Below are positions 1-8,489 of a stretch of DNA of 64,000 nt, piece after piece; the first letter of the stretch is position 1; each line of letters starts with the position of its first letter. A program made the translations under genes and the position numbers. The DNA is from Candidatus Magasanikiibacteriota bacterium (GTDB lineage: Bacteria; Patescibacteriota; Patescibacteriia; Magasanikbacterales; GWA2-37-8). The stretch is taken from assembly GCA_030650025.1 (NCBI GenBank), contig JAUSEN010000009.1, positions 93,144-157,143 of the forward strand, in the 5' to 3' direction. The notes under the pieces were generated by a model. That model saw only the letters and a program-made list of their open reading frames with translations, had not been told where the DNA came from and searched no databases.

Positions 1-99
1 CCGTCGCGCCTCGTCGCGGGAGGCGTCCTTGGGCCGGACGCGCGCCAGCATGAGTCTGACTACCGGGTTGTCGATGATGTGGAGCCTATCGTTCCGCAT
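1..99 (-). CDS. GC-rich CDS running off the window start; N-terminus resembles uracil phosphoribosyltransferase
   Basis: ATG at 99 after AGGAG; MRNDRLHIIDNPVVRLMLARVRPKDASRDEARR resembles the UPRTase N-terminus. Only 33 codons visible. Confidence 0.4.
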   Translation of the reverse strand, partial: MRNDRLHIIDNPVVRLMLARVRPKDASRDEARR

Positions 100-121
100 C
101 GTTCTTCTCCTGGTCCCACAC

Positions 122-211
122 AAAAAACCACCACTGCTGGGACATGAGCAAGTGGCGGCCTCCAATGAAACGAACTTAGTTGATTATAGTTATTGTCTGA
201 TATTTTGTCAA
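122..211 (-). promoter_or_regulatory. sigma70 promoter followed by a leader terminator hairpin
   Basis: TTGACA(211-206)-17-TATAAT(188-183); hairpin GCCGCCACT-TGCT..AGCA-GTGGTGG followed by a T run (159-122), upstream of the ATG. Confidence 0.65.
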
Positions 212-217
212 TCGTCG

Positions 218-1789
218 TTATTTCAATTTAGCGCGCAGTAATTTTTCCGCCACCACCGGATCCGCCGCGCCCTCCGTGGCCTTCATCGCCATGCCGATTA
301 AAAATTTTAAAATCGGTTCTTTGCCCGCTTTAAAATCCGCCGTTTGTTTAGGGTAATTTTTAATGATATCGTCCACCACCGCGCCGATTTTACCGGTATC
401 AGAAATTTGGCCATAACCCTTCTCTTCCATAATATGGGTTGGGTCCTGGTTAACGCCCGAGTCCAGCATCGCGGCCAGAATTTTTTGGGCGTTAGTCGAG
501 TTAACGCGCCCCGAGTAAATTAAGGCGACTAACTCGGCAAAATTTTCCGGTTTAATTTTTAAGACGCGGATATCAATCGCGCGTTCGCTCATCGCCCCCA
601 TCAGTTTGGTGGTAATCCAGCCGCCGGAGAGGCGCACCAATTCTTGGCCGGTTTTGCAAACCACCGCGCGGTCGCTATTTTTATCTTCTCCGGAGCAGGT
701 TTTAGTTTCCGGCAGAGAATGCAGCCACTCATGCAGTTCACTAATCGTTTGCTCGGTAAAATTCGCCCACTGTTTATCAGACGCCAAAATATTGGCATCC
801 GCCAAGGACAGCCCATATTCACTTTCAAAGCGCGCGCGTTTCACGAGCGGCAGTTCGGGTAAGCTAAATTCGCCGGCCGCGGCTATGGGGTCAAACGGGG
901 GGATATCCGGCTCCGGAAAGTAGCGGTAATCAGCCGCGGTTTCTTTATAACGCTGGTGCACTGTTTCACCGCGCGCGTCATCCCACCCCCGCGTGGCTTG
1001 TTGCCAAGCTTCGCCTTTATTAATCAACTCTGTTTGGCGCTGAATTTCATATTCAATCGCCTTTTCCACCGCTCGAAAGGAATTTATATTTTTTACTTCA
1101 ATTTTGGAATTCAATTTTTTTTGTGAGAGCGGCCAAATCGTACCGCTCTTTTTTTCAAAGCCACCTTCTTCCTGGAGCGAGATATTGGCCTCACAACGCA
1201 TTTGGCCCTTTTCCATGTCCGCGTCCGAAACATTGAGGGCGCGAAATATTTTTTGCAATTCCTGGCAGTAAATTTTAGCTTCGGCCGCGCTCTCTACATC
1301 TGGCTCCGATACGATCTCGACCAGAGGCACGCCGGAGCGGTTAAAATTAACGAGCGAATTGCCGCTTCCGTCATGCGTCAGTTGGGCGGTGTCTTCCTCG
1401 AGGTGTACCCGCGTAATGCCGATAGTCGCAAAATTGCGGGCATTTTTCTCAAGCCGCATGTCCAAAGTAATCCGGCCCTTCTCGCCAATCGGTTGGTCGT
1501 ATTGCGAGATCTGGTAACCCTTGGGCAAGTCCGGATAAAAGTAGTGCTTGCGGTCAAATTTGCTTTCCCGAAGGGTAGTAGAGCCAAGCGCCGCCGCGAT
1601 TTTAACCGTATCCTGAATAGCCGCTTTGTTAGGCACGGGCAGGGTTCCTGGTTGCGCCAGGCAGACTTCACAAATTTGGCTGTTCGGCTCGGTCGCAAAG
1701 GGATTGTTAACACAGCCACAAAACATTTTGGCTTTAGTTTTGAGCTCCACGTGAATTTCGAGGCCAATAACCGGTACTAATTTTGGCAC
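218..1789 (-). CDS. gatB: Asp/Glu-tRNA amidotransferase subunit B
   Basis: VIGLEIHVEL, FDRKHYFYPDLPKGYQISQ, YRYFPEPD motifs. Confidence 0.97.
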   Translation of the reverse strand: MPKLVPVIGLEIHVELKTKAKMFCGCVNNPFATEPNSQICEVCLAQPGTLPVPNKAAIQDTVKIAAALGSTTLRESKFDRKHYFYPDLPKGYQISQYDQPIGEKGRITLDMRLEKNARNFATIGITRVHLEEDTAQLTHDGSGNSLVNFNRSGVPLVEIVSEPDVESAAEAKIYCQELQKIFRALNVSDADMEKGQMRCEANISLQEEGGFEKKSGTIWPLSQKKLNSKIEVKNINSFRAVEKAIEYEIQRQTELINKGEAWQQATRGWDDARGETVHQRYKETAADYRYFPEPDIPPFDPIAAAGEFSLPELPLVKRARFESEYGLSLADANILASDKQWANFTEQTISELHEWLHSLPETKTCSGEDKNSDRAVVCKTGQELVRLSGGWITTKLMGAMSERAIDIRVLKIKPENFAELVALIYSGRVNSTNAQKILAAMLDSGVNQDPTHIMEEKGYGQISDTGKIGAVVDDIIKNYPKQTADFKAGKEPILKFLIGMAMKATEGAADPVVAEKLLRAKLK

Positions 1790-1794
1790 AGGTG

Positions 1795-2550
1795 TTAAGG
1801 CTTAGGCGCGGCTGGCACCGGGCTCATGGGCGTAGCTACAGCGCTGTGATATAAATTCAGGGCGGCTAGTGTGGCCACCGGAGCGATGGCCGCCGAGATT
1901 AAAGCTGTTAAAATATTATCCACCAACTGCGTGATGACCTCGCTGCCAATAAAATAAGTTATCGGGTAGACCAGAATTAAACGCACCGCCGCGGTTACTA
2001 AAGCAAAAACTATGCCGGGGATCAGCAAGCGCCACAAGATAGCTAGCCACCGCCCGGCCACCAGCCCTTTACTGTGGTTAAGCGCGTCCATGCCTTCTTT
2101 GTTTTCTAAGACTATACTGTAGGTAATAAAGGCGTACCAAATCGCAAAAATTATGCCCGGGACAATTAACAAGAGCGCCCCGCCGATTATTATTAGGGCG
2201 GCTATTATTGAAGTATAAATAAATGGCCAGAGGCGCGGCGCGGTTTTGCCAAAAACATCTCGCCAGGCCATTCCAGCGACGCCCTGGAGTGAGTTATTCA
2301 AGGCGACTGTCAGAGCGAGGCTAGTCCACAGGCTAAATAAGGCGCCCGCTACTAAAAGCGCCATGAGAATGATATTGCTGACAATGGCCGATTCCGGAAA
2401 CACGGAATCGAGCAACACTCCGGCCAGCCCTAAGACCGAAATGGCGAAATACGGGATAAATAAAAATGCCATGTAAATCACTAAACCGCGCCACTGTTTT
2501 TTGTAAACTTCCCAGCTATTTTTTAAAATATCCGAAACTGATATCAGCAT
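1795..2550 (-). CDS. Integral membrane protein
   Basis: 5-6 hydrophobic segments, LLIVPGIIFAIWY motif. Confidence 0.8.
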   Translation of the reverse strand: MLISVSDILKNSWEVYKKQWRGLVIYMAFLFIPYFAISVLGLAGVLLDSVFPESAIVSNIILMALLVAGALFSLWTSLALTVALNNSLQGVAGMAWRDVFGKTAPRLWPFIYTSIIAALIIIGGALLLIVPGIIFAIWYAFITYSIVLENKEGMDALNHSKGLVAGRWLAILWRLLIPGIVFALVTAAVRLILVYPITYFIGSEVITQLVDNILTALISAAIAPVATLAALNLYHSAVATPMSPVPAAPKP

Positions 2551-2630
2551 ATTAATTGTGAATAATTATTGATTCATGATTTTTGCAGTTGGCAGTTTGA
2601 GAAAATTGTTAACTGCGAAAATTTTATTTA

Positions 2631-3338
2631 TCATTGATTAAGTATTGATTTTAATAGTCTCTGCCCCTCGGTATGTATTATATCAATTTTGGCATTCCCT
2701 GACAATTGGTGTATTTTTACGCCTTGTTTAGCGAACCAGCGCTGGTATTTTTTACTCAAAAATATTTTAGCCGCTTTAGTTTGAAAGTCCAATTTTTCAA
2801 AAATGACGTTATCTTTTTTTTCTGCCCGGCCTAGGAGCCGGTTGAGTGCCGCTTGGGGATCTACGTTTAAGAAGACAATATGATCCGGGCGGTATTTAAT
2901 AGCGAGCGCATTGCCGGGCAGGCGGCTTAGTGTTTTTTGAGTAATGCTCTGGTGGCTAAGCGGCTGGTAGGCGTAAGACGTGGTGTAGCCGCGATCTTGA
3001 ATAATACAGCGGCCCTCTTTAAGTGAGGGAATAATAATTTTTTGGTATAAAATTAAGCGGTCGAGGGCATAGGCTTCGGCTACTGCCTCGGGCGGGTAGT
3101 TAGTGCCCGCCCGCACCAGCTCTTCTCTAATTACCTGGCCGACGCCAACATTACTAGGCTCGGCCGTAAAAATAAAATCATAGCCCTTCAGTTCGTGCGG
3201 TTCAGGGTAGCGCCCGGTCTCGAGCCAATATTTTTTTAAATCAAAAACCCCGTTGCCTTCAGCAATCAGCATTTCCTTCCAGGCGTTTATCAGCGTGCTT
3301 TTGCCGCTCCCATCAATGCCGTCTACCATGATGAACAT
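2631..3338 (-). CDS. tmk: Thymidylate kinase
   Basis: MFIMVDGIDGSGKST P-loop, AEP and QDRGYTTSYAYQ motifs; start moved to ATG 3338. Confidence 0.9.
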   Translation of the reverse strand: MFIMVDGIDGSGKSTLINAWKEMLIAEGNGVFDLKKYWLETGRYPEPHELKGYDFIFTAEPSNVGVGQVIREELVRAGTNYPPEAVAEAYALDRLILYQKIIIPSLKEGRCIIQDRGYTTSYAYQPLSHQSITQKTLSRLPGNALAIKYRPDHIVFLNVDPQAALNRLLGRAEKKDNVIFEKLDFQTKAAKIFLSKKYQRWFAKQGVKIHQLSGNAKIDIIHTEGQRLLKSILNQ

Positions 3339-3345
3339 AGCGTTG

Positions 3346-3867
3346 TTACACAATATCAAACAAAAAGTAGTGATCCGCACGCTCTTTAAGTGCCTGTGCA
3401 AATGCGGGGTGGCTTTTTAGATGGCCGTCGACATTTTTATTTATAAAATCTACAATTTGTTCTGGTGTCCAGTCACGCACTGTCTTAACAGCATCTTGGT
3501 ATGCTGAATCAGTATTTGTTTTGATGGTAGCCGAACGTAATATGGCGTCGAGCCGCAGTGCTGTTTCCCGATCAATGAGTGGGCCTTTATATTCAACGCC
3601 AGTAGCTGATTTTCGTAGTTGTTCATTGAGTTCTCTCCCAGCTTTGCGCATTTCTTCATCAGAGTGTCCTTCGTTGCGCGCGAGGGCTAACACTTCATCC
3701 GCCGAGTTCATTGTGTTACGTGATCGCTGTCGTGTCCGCCCCGCCGTTGTTAATTGAGGAGGAGCTTCTTCCGGTGCGTCTGGTTCAACCGGCGCTTTCG
3801 AAATCCCTTTCTTCGCCGCCTCTAGTTGGGCTCGGCGTCGTCGCATAAATTCGTTTTCATCGGTCAT
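3346..3867 (-). CDS. Hypothetical charged protein
   Basis: 173-aa ORF packed between folA and tmk. Confidence 0.7.
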   Translation of the reverse strand: MTDENEFMRRRRAQLEAAKKGISKAPVEPDAPEEAPPQLTTAGRTRQRSRNTMNSADEVLALARNEGHSDEEMRKAGRELNEQLRKSATGVEYKGPLIDRETALRLDAILRSATIKTNTDSAYQDAVKTVRDWTPEQIVDFINKNVDGHLKSHPAFAQALKERADHYFLFDIV

Positions 3868-3877
3868 ATAAGTAAAA

Positions 3878-4351
3878 TTAATACCGAGTGTACGTTACAA
3901 ACGCAAACCCTTTATGTTCTTCCCGCCAGGTTTCTTTCCAGATGTTTAAATCAATCGGTGGAAAAAACGCGTCGCAAGCTTCCACGGTTTGGTTCACATG
4001 AGTAATTTCTAAGTGGTCGGCAATTTTTATCATCTCTTCAAAAATTTTTTGCCCCCCAAAGCCGATAATCTCTTCATTTGAGTGAGCCTTAATCGCTTGG
4101 TCAATCGTTGGGTAAATCTCCACGCCCGCCGGAAAGCTGGTTTTTGGTTCGCGCGTAATAACTACGTTAGTACGATTTGGTAGAGGTCGGCGTTTTTCCG
4201 GAATTGATTCCCAGGTTTTGCGCCCCATTATTAGCACCTTGCCCATTGTCAAATTTTGCATTCGTTTAAAATCTTCCGGGATATGCCAAGGCAGATCATT
4301 TTTTATGCCAATGCAGTTATTTTTTGAAATAGCGGCAATTAAAGTGAGCAT
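3878..4351 (-). CDS. folA: Dihydrofolate reductase
   Basis: IGIKNDLPWHIPEDF, MGRKTWESI, RPLPNRTNVV. Confidence 0.97.
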   Translation of the reverse strand: MLTLIAAISKNNCIGIKNDLPWHIPEDFKRMQNLTMGKVLIMGRKTWESIPEKRRPLPNRTNVVITREPKTSFPAGVEIYPTIDQAIKAHSNEEIIGFGGQKIFEEMIKIADHLEITHVNQTVEACDAFFPPIDLNIWKETWREEHKGFAFVTYTRY

Positions 4352-4356
4352 AAAAT

Positions 4357-5229
4357 TTACACCGCGATTTCAAAAGCAATCTTCGGGTAACTTTCGTAGC
4401 CAGTAATTTTTGTCTCTTCGCTTTTCCAGTCAAAAATATTGGTAAAATTTTCCGTTACAATTTGTGGTAGTTTGTATTTGCCGGGGTCGCGGTCAAGTTG
4501 TTCTTTAGCGCCGTCAATATGGTTTTTATAAATATGCACATCAGCCAAAAATCCGACCAGCCGGCCTTCCTGTAGCCCTGTTTCTTTGGCTAATAAGTGC
4601 AAGAGCGTGGCGTAGCTCGCGATATTAAACGGTAAACCCAGCATGGTATCCACCGAGCGCTGGTTCCAAAGTAAATTTAGCCGGCCGTTAATAACAGTTA
4701 CCTGGAATCCGTAGTGGCAGGGCGGAAGGGCCATTTGGCTCAAGCTACTCGGGTTCCAGGCCATCACAATCAAGCGTCGGCTGGCCGGGTCGGTTTTAAT
4801 TTCCTCTACTAATTTTTTTAATTGATCCACGCCTTGTCCGGTGTAGTCGGAGTCAAAATTTAAATATTTAGCATTATAATGCCGCCATTGAAAACCGTAA
4901 ACCGGCCCCAAATCTCTCTCCGCCGCCATTTTTTGTTTAGCCTCCGCGTTGTGGCCATAGGGCGCTTTTTCGGGGTTGGCCCATTCGTCCCAAATATGAT
5001 TATTTTTATTTTTCAGCCAGTCTTTGTCGGTAATGCCTTTAATAAAAAATTCCAGTTCGCTCGAGATCACTTTATAGGGCATTTTTTTGGTAGTCAACAA
5101 CGGGAAACCGTTGGCCATGTTATGCTCAAAAATAGCGCCGGCCATGGCTAAAGTTCCGGTTCCCGTGCGATCGGCTTTGGGCTCGCCGTGTTCTAACACG
5201 CGGCGGACAATATCAAGATAAGCGCGCAT
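4357..5229 (-). CDS. thyA: Thymidylate synthase
   Basis: DRTGTGT, LPPCH, QRSVDTMLGLPFNIASY. Confidence 0.97.
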   Translation of the reverse strand: MRAYLDIVRRVLEHGEPKADRTGTGTLAMAGAIFEHNMANGFPLLTTKKMPYKVISSELEFFIKGITDKDWLKNKNNHIWDEWANPEKAPYGHNAEAKQKMAAERDLGPVYGFQWRHYNAKYLNFDSDYTGQGVDQLKKLVEEIKTDPASRRLIVMAWNPSSLSQMALPPCHYGFQVTVINGRLNLLWNQRSVDTMLGLPFNIASYATLLHLLAKETGLQEGRLVGFLADVHIYKNHIDGAKEQLDRDPGKYKLPQIVTENFTNIFDWKSEETKITGYESYPKIAFEIAV

Positions 5230-5235
5230 AATTTT

Positions 5236-6261
5236 TTAGGCGGCTCGGCTGGCAGACTCATTCTCCGCCGCCGATTCTTCAACCGACTGGCGGGGGGTGG
5301 CAGAAAATGGTTTTGGTTTAGCGGCTTGTATGTCGCGCACAAATTCTGTGAGTGTTTCATCCACATCCGGCTCTCGTTGATGGCGAGCGACGAAATCTGT
5401 TAAAACCGTATCAACATCATTCACCCAGTCATTTTCGGCGCTCGTGAGTTTTCTTCCGAGCGTCATTGGGGGGGCAGATGGCGGCATTTTATCGTAAGTT
5501 CTATAGACAGCCTCGTCTTTTTTAGCCAGTTCAATCGCTCGTCGTTCCCGGCGCGCCGCTATCTGCGCCCCCTTGTCCGCCAGTTTGTCTTCTTTTCTTT
5601 TCGCTCGCGCCGCGGCGGCATCATCTGTTAAATCAGCGAAATCATTCGCCACCGGTTCTTTGGCCGCGGCGGCATCCATTTTCTCGCCCATCTTAAACCA
5701 GGCCTCTTCGTCCTCAGCAACTTGAATGTTTTCTCCCACTTGGCTGGCGCCATGCAGACCGTAGTTTCTGGAAAGCGTTTCTTGATATCTGGCGTTGGCT
5801 TTATCGCGCCCAACTTGTGCCATGGCCTCGGGCAAAGTTTCCCGGAACGCCCGTTTGCCTTCGGCACGGTCTTCGGCCTCCTGTTTTTTTACTTCCCGCT
5901 CGGCTTGTCGCAATTCATCTTTAAATTCACCCAGCCCCTGCATTTTTAATTTGACATCAGAAATAGCCCCGGTAAATTTTTTCCAGATTGATTGTGATCT
6001 AACGCGCAAAACAGCAGCGTATTCATTTATAGAAGTGGTCACATCCGGTGGCACCGGGCCGACGGCTCGCGTTACTTCCGCCCCGGTAGCGTCAAGGGCG
6101 TTAACTGTTTCTTTTGTCGCGCGTGCTCCACTAAAGAGTGCCCAATCAATCATAGCTCGCGGTGGCTGTTCTCTTGTTTTTTCGCGAGTGGTCGGCGCCG
6201 CGGGTGATTGTTCTGGGCGCGCGCCGCCTTCTCGCCTGAATAGTTTGGAAAGGAAACCCAT
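5236..6261 (-). CDS. Hypothetical Ala/Glu/Arg-rich helical protein
   Basis: 341-aa ORF starting MGFLSKLF. Confidence 0.75.
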   Translation of the reverse strand: MGFLSKLFRREGGARPEQSPAAPTTREKTREQPPRAMIDWALFSGARATKETVNALDATGAEVTRAVGPVPPDVTTSINEYAAVLRVRSQSIWKKFTGAISDVKLKMQGLGEFKDELRQAEREVKKQEAEDRAEGKRAFRETLPEAMAQVGRDKANARYQETLSRNYGLHGASQVGENIQVAEDEEAWFKMGEKMDAAAAKEPVANDFADLTDDAAAARAKRKEDKLADKGAQIAARRERRAIELAKKDEAVYRTYDKMPPSAPPMTLGRKLTSAENDWVNDVDTVLTDFVARHQREPDVDETLTEFVRDIQAAKPKPFSATPRQSVEESAAENESASRAA

Positions 6262-6280
6262 ATTAGGTAAATATTAAAAA

Positions 6281-6457
6281 TTACAATGTAGTTATTTTGT
6301 GTTTTAATTTTTTTAGTTTCCGCGCCTCGATCTCTTTAATGGCGCTGGCAATAATTTTTTTTCGTTCCTGCTCAATTTGCCTCAATTCACTTTGTAGTTG
6401 GACTAAAGAGTGCTGGGCCTCTGCCACTAGGCTGGCGGCTGAAGATTTTTTGGTCAT
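6281..6457 (-). CDS. Small coiled-coil-like protein (58 aa, below ORF-track cutoff)
   Basis: MTKKSSAASLVAEAQHSLVQLQSELRQIEQERKKII...; fills the gap after dut. Confidence 0.6.
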   Translation of the reverse strand: MTKKSSAASLVAEAQHSLVQLQSELRQIEQERKKIIASAIKEIEARKLKKLKHKITTL

Positions 6458-6488
6458 AAGGCAAATTACTTAGTTTAAAAAATATTAT

Positions 6489-6914
6489 TTAAAATTTACC
6501 GGTACTGCCCCATTTTCCGTGCCCTCGCGCGCTCTCTGAAAGTTCCGCGGCTTCCTCTAATTCAGCAATAATTACGGGAATTATAACAAGTTGGGCAATT
6601 TTTTGCCCCTTAAGAATATTATAAGCCTTTTGCCCTAAATTTACCAGACAGACGTTGTATTCGCCGCGATACCCGGCATCGTAAACGCCACCGAGGCTGT
6701 GTAAGCCCCCCTCGGTGGAAAGGCTGCCCTTGTCTTTAATAATGGCGGCATAGCCGGCTGGGAACTCGAGCGCGAACCCCACCGGGAAGACGTGGCGAAC
6801 ACCGGGCTCCAGAATTTTGTCTTCCAGCGAAAATAAATCCAAACCTACGTCCCCCGGGTGGGCGTAGCTCGGGAGTTTGGCATCGGCATGAATTTTTTTT
6901 ATTTTAATTTTCAT
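6489..6914 (-). CDS. dut: dUTP diphosphatase
   Basis: GDVGLDL, GVYDAGYRGE, IAQLV, RGHGKWGSTG. Confidence 0.95.
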   Translation of the reverse strand: MKIKIKKIHADAKLPSYAHPGDVGLDLFSLEDKILEPGVRHVFPVGFALEFPAGYAAIIKDKGSLSTEGGLHSLGGVYDAGYRGEYNVCLVNLGQKAYNILKGQKIAQLVIIPVIIAELEEAAELSESARGHGKWGSTGKF

Positions 6915-6924
6915 AAAAAACTTG

Positions 6925-6991
6925 TGTCATTCCCGCGAAAGCGGGAATCTGTTTGGCGATGTTCTGGATTCCCGCTTTCGCGGGAATGACA
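6925..6991. repeat. TGTCATTCCCGCG palindromic repeat (CGTC/TGTC-tagged, RPE-like)
   Basis: TGTCATTCCCGCGAAAGCGGGAATC...GATTCCCGCTTTCGCGGGAATGACA; relatives at 20356 and 42756. Confidence 0.9.
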
Positions 6992-7022
6992 TGAAAAAAC
7001 TAGATTTAGAAATTATTTAGCC

Positions 7023-7571
7023 TTATATAGTTGTAACAATATCTTCAAGTTGCTTATATAAATCTTCAAACGAGCCATCGTTATTAATTACAAATTTGGC
7101 TTTTTGTCCGAGCTTTTCAATATGTTTTTCAGCCTCGGCCTGTTCGTCTTGGCAAAACTCCGCGAAAGTTTTGGTTTCATCGCCTGGGTTCTCGCGACGT
7201 TTCACTAGGCGTCCCCAGCGAATTTTTTGATTCGCGGTAATATAAACCAAATAAAAATTAGGATTCGTTTCTAAATAGGTAATGTCCGTTGGCCGGCGCA
7301 CGCCGTCCACAATAATTATAGCGCCTTGGTCGTTGTTTACATCCTCGGCAATTACGCGGCTCATTAGGTCTTGCCCAAAATTTTCTCGCAATACCCGCGA
7401 AATTTTTTGCAAATTCTCGCGCGATTTCTCGATATACAACCTGTCTAAGATATCGCGTAGCATTGTGGAAAAACGGTATGTTTTGGCGCTGTATTTTTCG
7501 CTACAATATTTTGCCAAGGTCCCTTTGCCGCTCGCGAGCTGGCCAATAAAACCTAGAATAATTTTTTGCAT
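7023..7571 (-). CDS. P-loop nucleotide kinase (dNMP/dephospho-CoA kinase-like)
   Basis: GQLASGKGT, IVDGVRR, INNDG. Confidence 0.8.
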   Translation of the reverse strand: MQKIILGFIGQLASGKGTLAKYCSEKYSAKTYRFSTMLRDILDRLYIEKSRENLQKISRVLRENFGQDLMSRVIAEDVNNDQGAIIIVDGVRRPTDITYLETNPNFYLVYITANQKIRWGRLVKRRENPGDETKTFAEFCQDEQAEAEKHIEKLGQKAKFVINNDGSFEDLYKQLEDIVTTI

Positions 7572-7619
7572 AATTTTAGTGAGATGGCGTACGGTGGGTT
7601 GTTTGTGTTATTTTTTATA

Positions 7620-8090
7620 TTATACCGCCCACGCGGATTTATATTCGCGATATTTTACTCCGGCGGCGTCAAATAAGCGTTTGGCGGCGATAAAAATGTC
7701 TTGGTCTGGGTATTTATCCAGTTCAAAAATTATCTCCGCGACCCCATTTTGCACCAGCATTTTGGCGCATTCGTTGCAGGGGAACATAGTAGTGAAAACT
7801 TTACAGCCCCGAACGGGAATATTAGAGTTATAAACCGCGTTTTCCTCGGCATGGCAAATATAAGCGTATTTAGTATCCAAAAATTTTCCTTCTCGCTCCC
7901 AAGGGAATTTATCGCTGTGAATGCCGCGGGGGAAGCCGTTGTACCCGAGCCCCATCACCACATTGTGCTGGTTCGCGATCACCGCCCCTACCTGCGAAGA
8001 TGGGTCTTTACTGCGCTCGGCAATCACATGCGCCATGCGCATAAAGCATTCGTCCCAAGAAATAGCGTTCGAGCGGGGGAGAGTGGTCAT
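7620..8090 (-). CDS. dCMP deaminase
   Basis: RSKDP, GYNGFPRG, CHAEENA, PCNEC. Confidence 0.93.
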   Translation of the reverse strand: MTTLPRSNAISWDECFMRMAHVIAERSKDPSSQVGAVIANQHNVVMGLGYNGFPRGIHSDKFPWEREGKFLDTKYAYICHAEENAVYNSNIPVRGCKVFTTMFPCNECAKMLVQNGVAEIIFELDKYPDQDIFIAAKRLFDAAGVKYREYKSAWAV

Positions 8091-8121
8091 AAAAATTGAT
8101 TAATTTTCAAAATTAATTCGT

Positions 8122-8152
8122 TGTAGGGACAGGGCAGTGCCCTGTCCCTACA
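8122..8152. repeat. GTAG-tagged REP-like palindrome
   Basis: TGTAGGGACAGGGCA-G-TGCCCTGTCCCTACA; relatives at 20523, 29344, 30769. Confidence 0.85.
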
Positions 8153-8230
8153 AAAGCAATATTAACAAAATTTTAAGTAATTGGGAAGAGTGGAAATTAA
8201 AACACGCCAGCTGTTGTTGACGTGCTTTAG

Positions 8231-8305
8231 TGGTGGAGCGAGGGGGAGTCGAACCCCGGAGACTAGCTTGATAAGGGTAGCCGCAGAACCGCCTGCACTC
8301 GCCCC
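8231..8305 (-). ncRNA. Non-canonical tRNA-like RNA with Ala-type acceptor (G3:U70, A73, CCA) and irregular anticodon arm (loop TTATCAA)
   Basis: GGGGCGA/TCGCTCC-ACCA acceptor, D stem GCAG/CTGC, T arm GGGG-TTCGACT-CCCC; no U8 or A14. Confidence 0.75.
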
Positions 8306-8320
8306 GCGACCACCGCGAAC

Positions 8321-8349
8321 ATTGTAGCACAATATATTTTATAATGCAA
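8321..8349 (-). promoter_or_regulatory. sigma70 promoter for the tRNA-like RNA
   Basis: TTGCAT-17-TACAAT with extended -10 TG. Confidence 0.65.
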
Positions 8350-8382
8350 CTTTATAAGTACACTTTAAATATGATTAAATTA

Positions 8383-8453
8383 AAAAAAAGAAAACTCCCT
8401 CGCGGGAGTCTTCAGAGTTCTGCAGACGTATTACTACAGCACCCTTATCAAGT
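8383..8453 (-). ncRNA. Candidate ~70-nt sRNA complementary to the tRNA-like RNA
   Basis: Own promoter; 5' CTTGATAAGGGT, hairpin CTGTAG/CTGCAG, terminator GAAGACTCCC-GCGA-GGGAGTTTTC plus T run. Confidence 0.6.
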
Positions 8454-8459
8454 AATTTA

Positions 8460-8488
8460 ATTGTAACAAAGTAGTCGAAATTTGTCAA
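8460..8488 (-). promoter_or_regulatory. sigma70 promoter for the candidate sRNA
   Basis: TTGACA-17-TACAAT immediately after the rplA stop. Confidence 0.7.
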
Positions 8489-8489
8489 A

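Noticed and set aside
8148-8330. 60-aa ORF over the tRNA-like RNA
   Set aside because: Shadow of the RNA gene; starts inside the -10 box
8441-8452. CTTATCAAG resembles the start of a SAM-I riboswitch
   Set aside because: Downstream SAM-I core elements are absent
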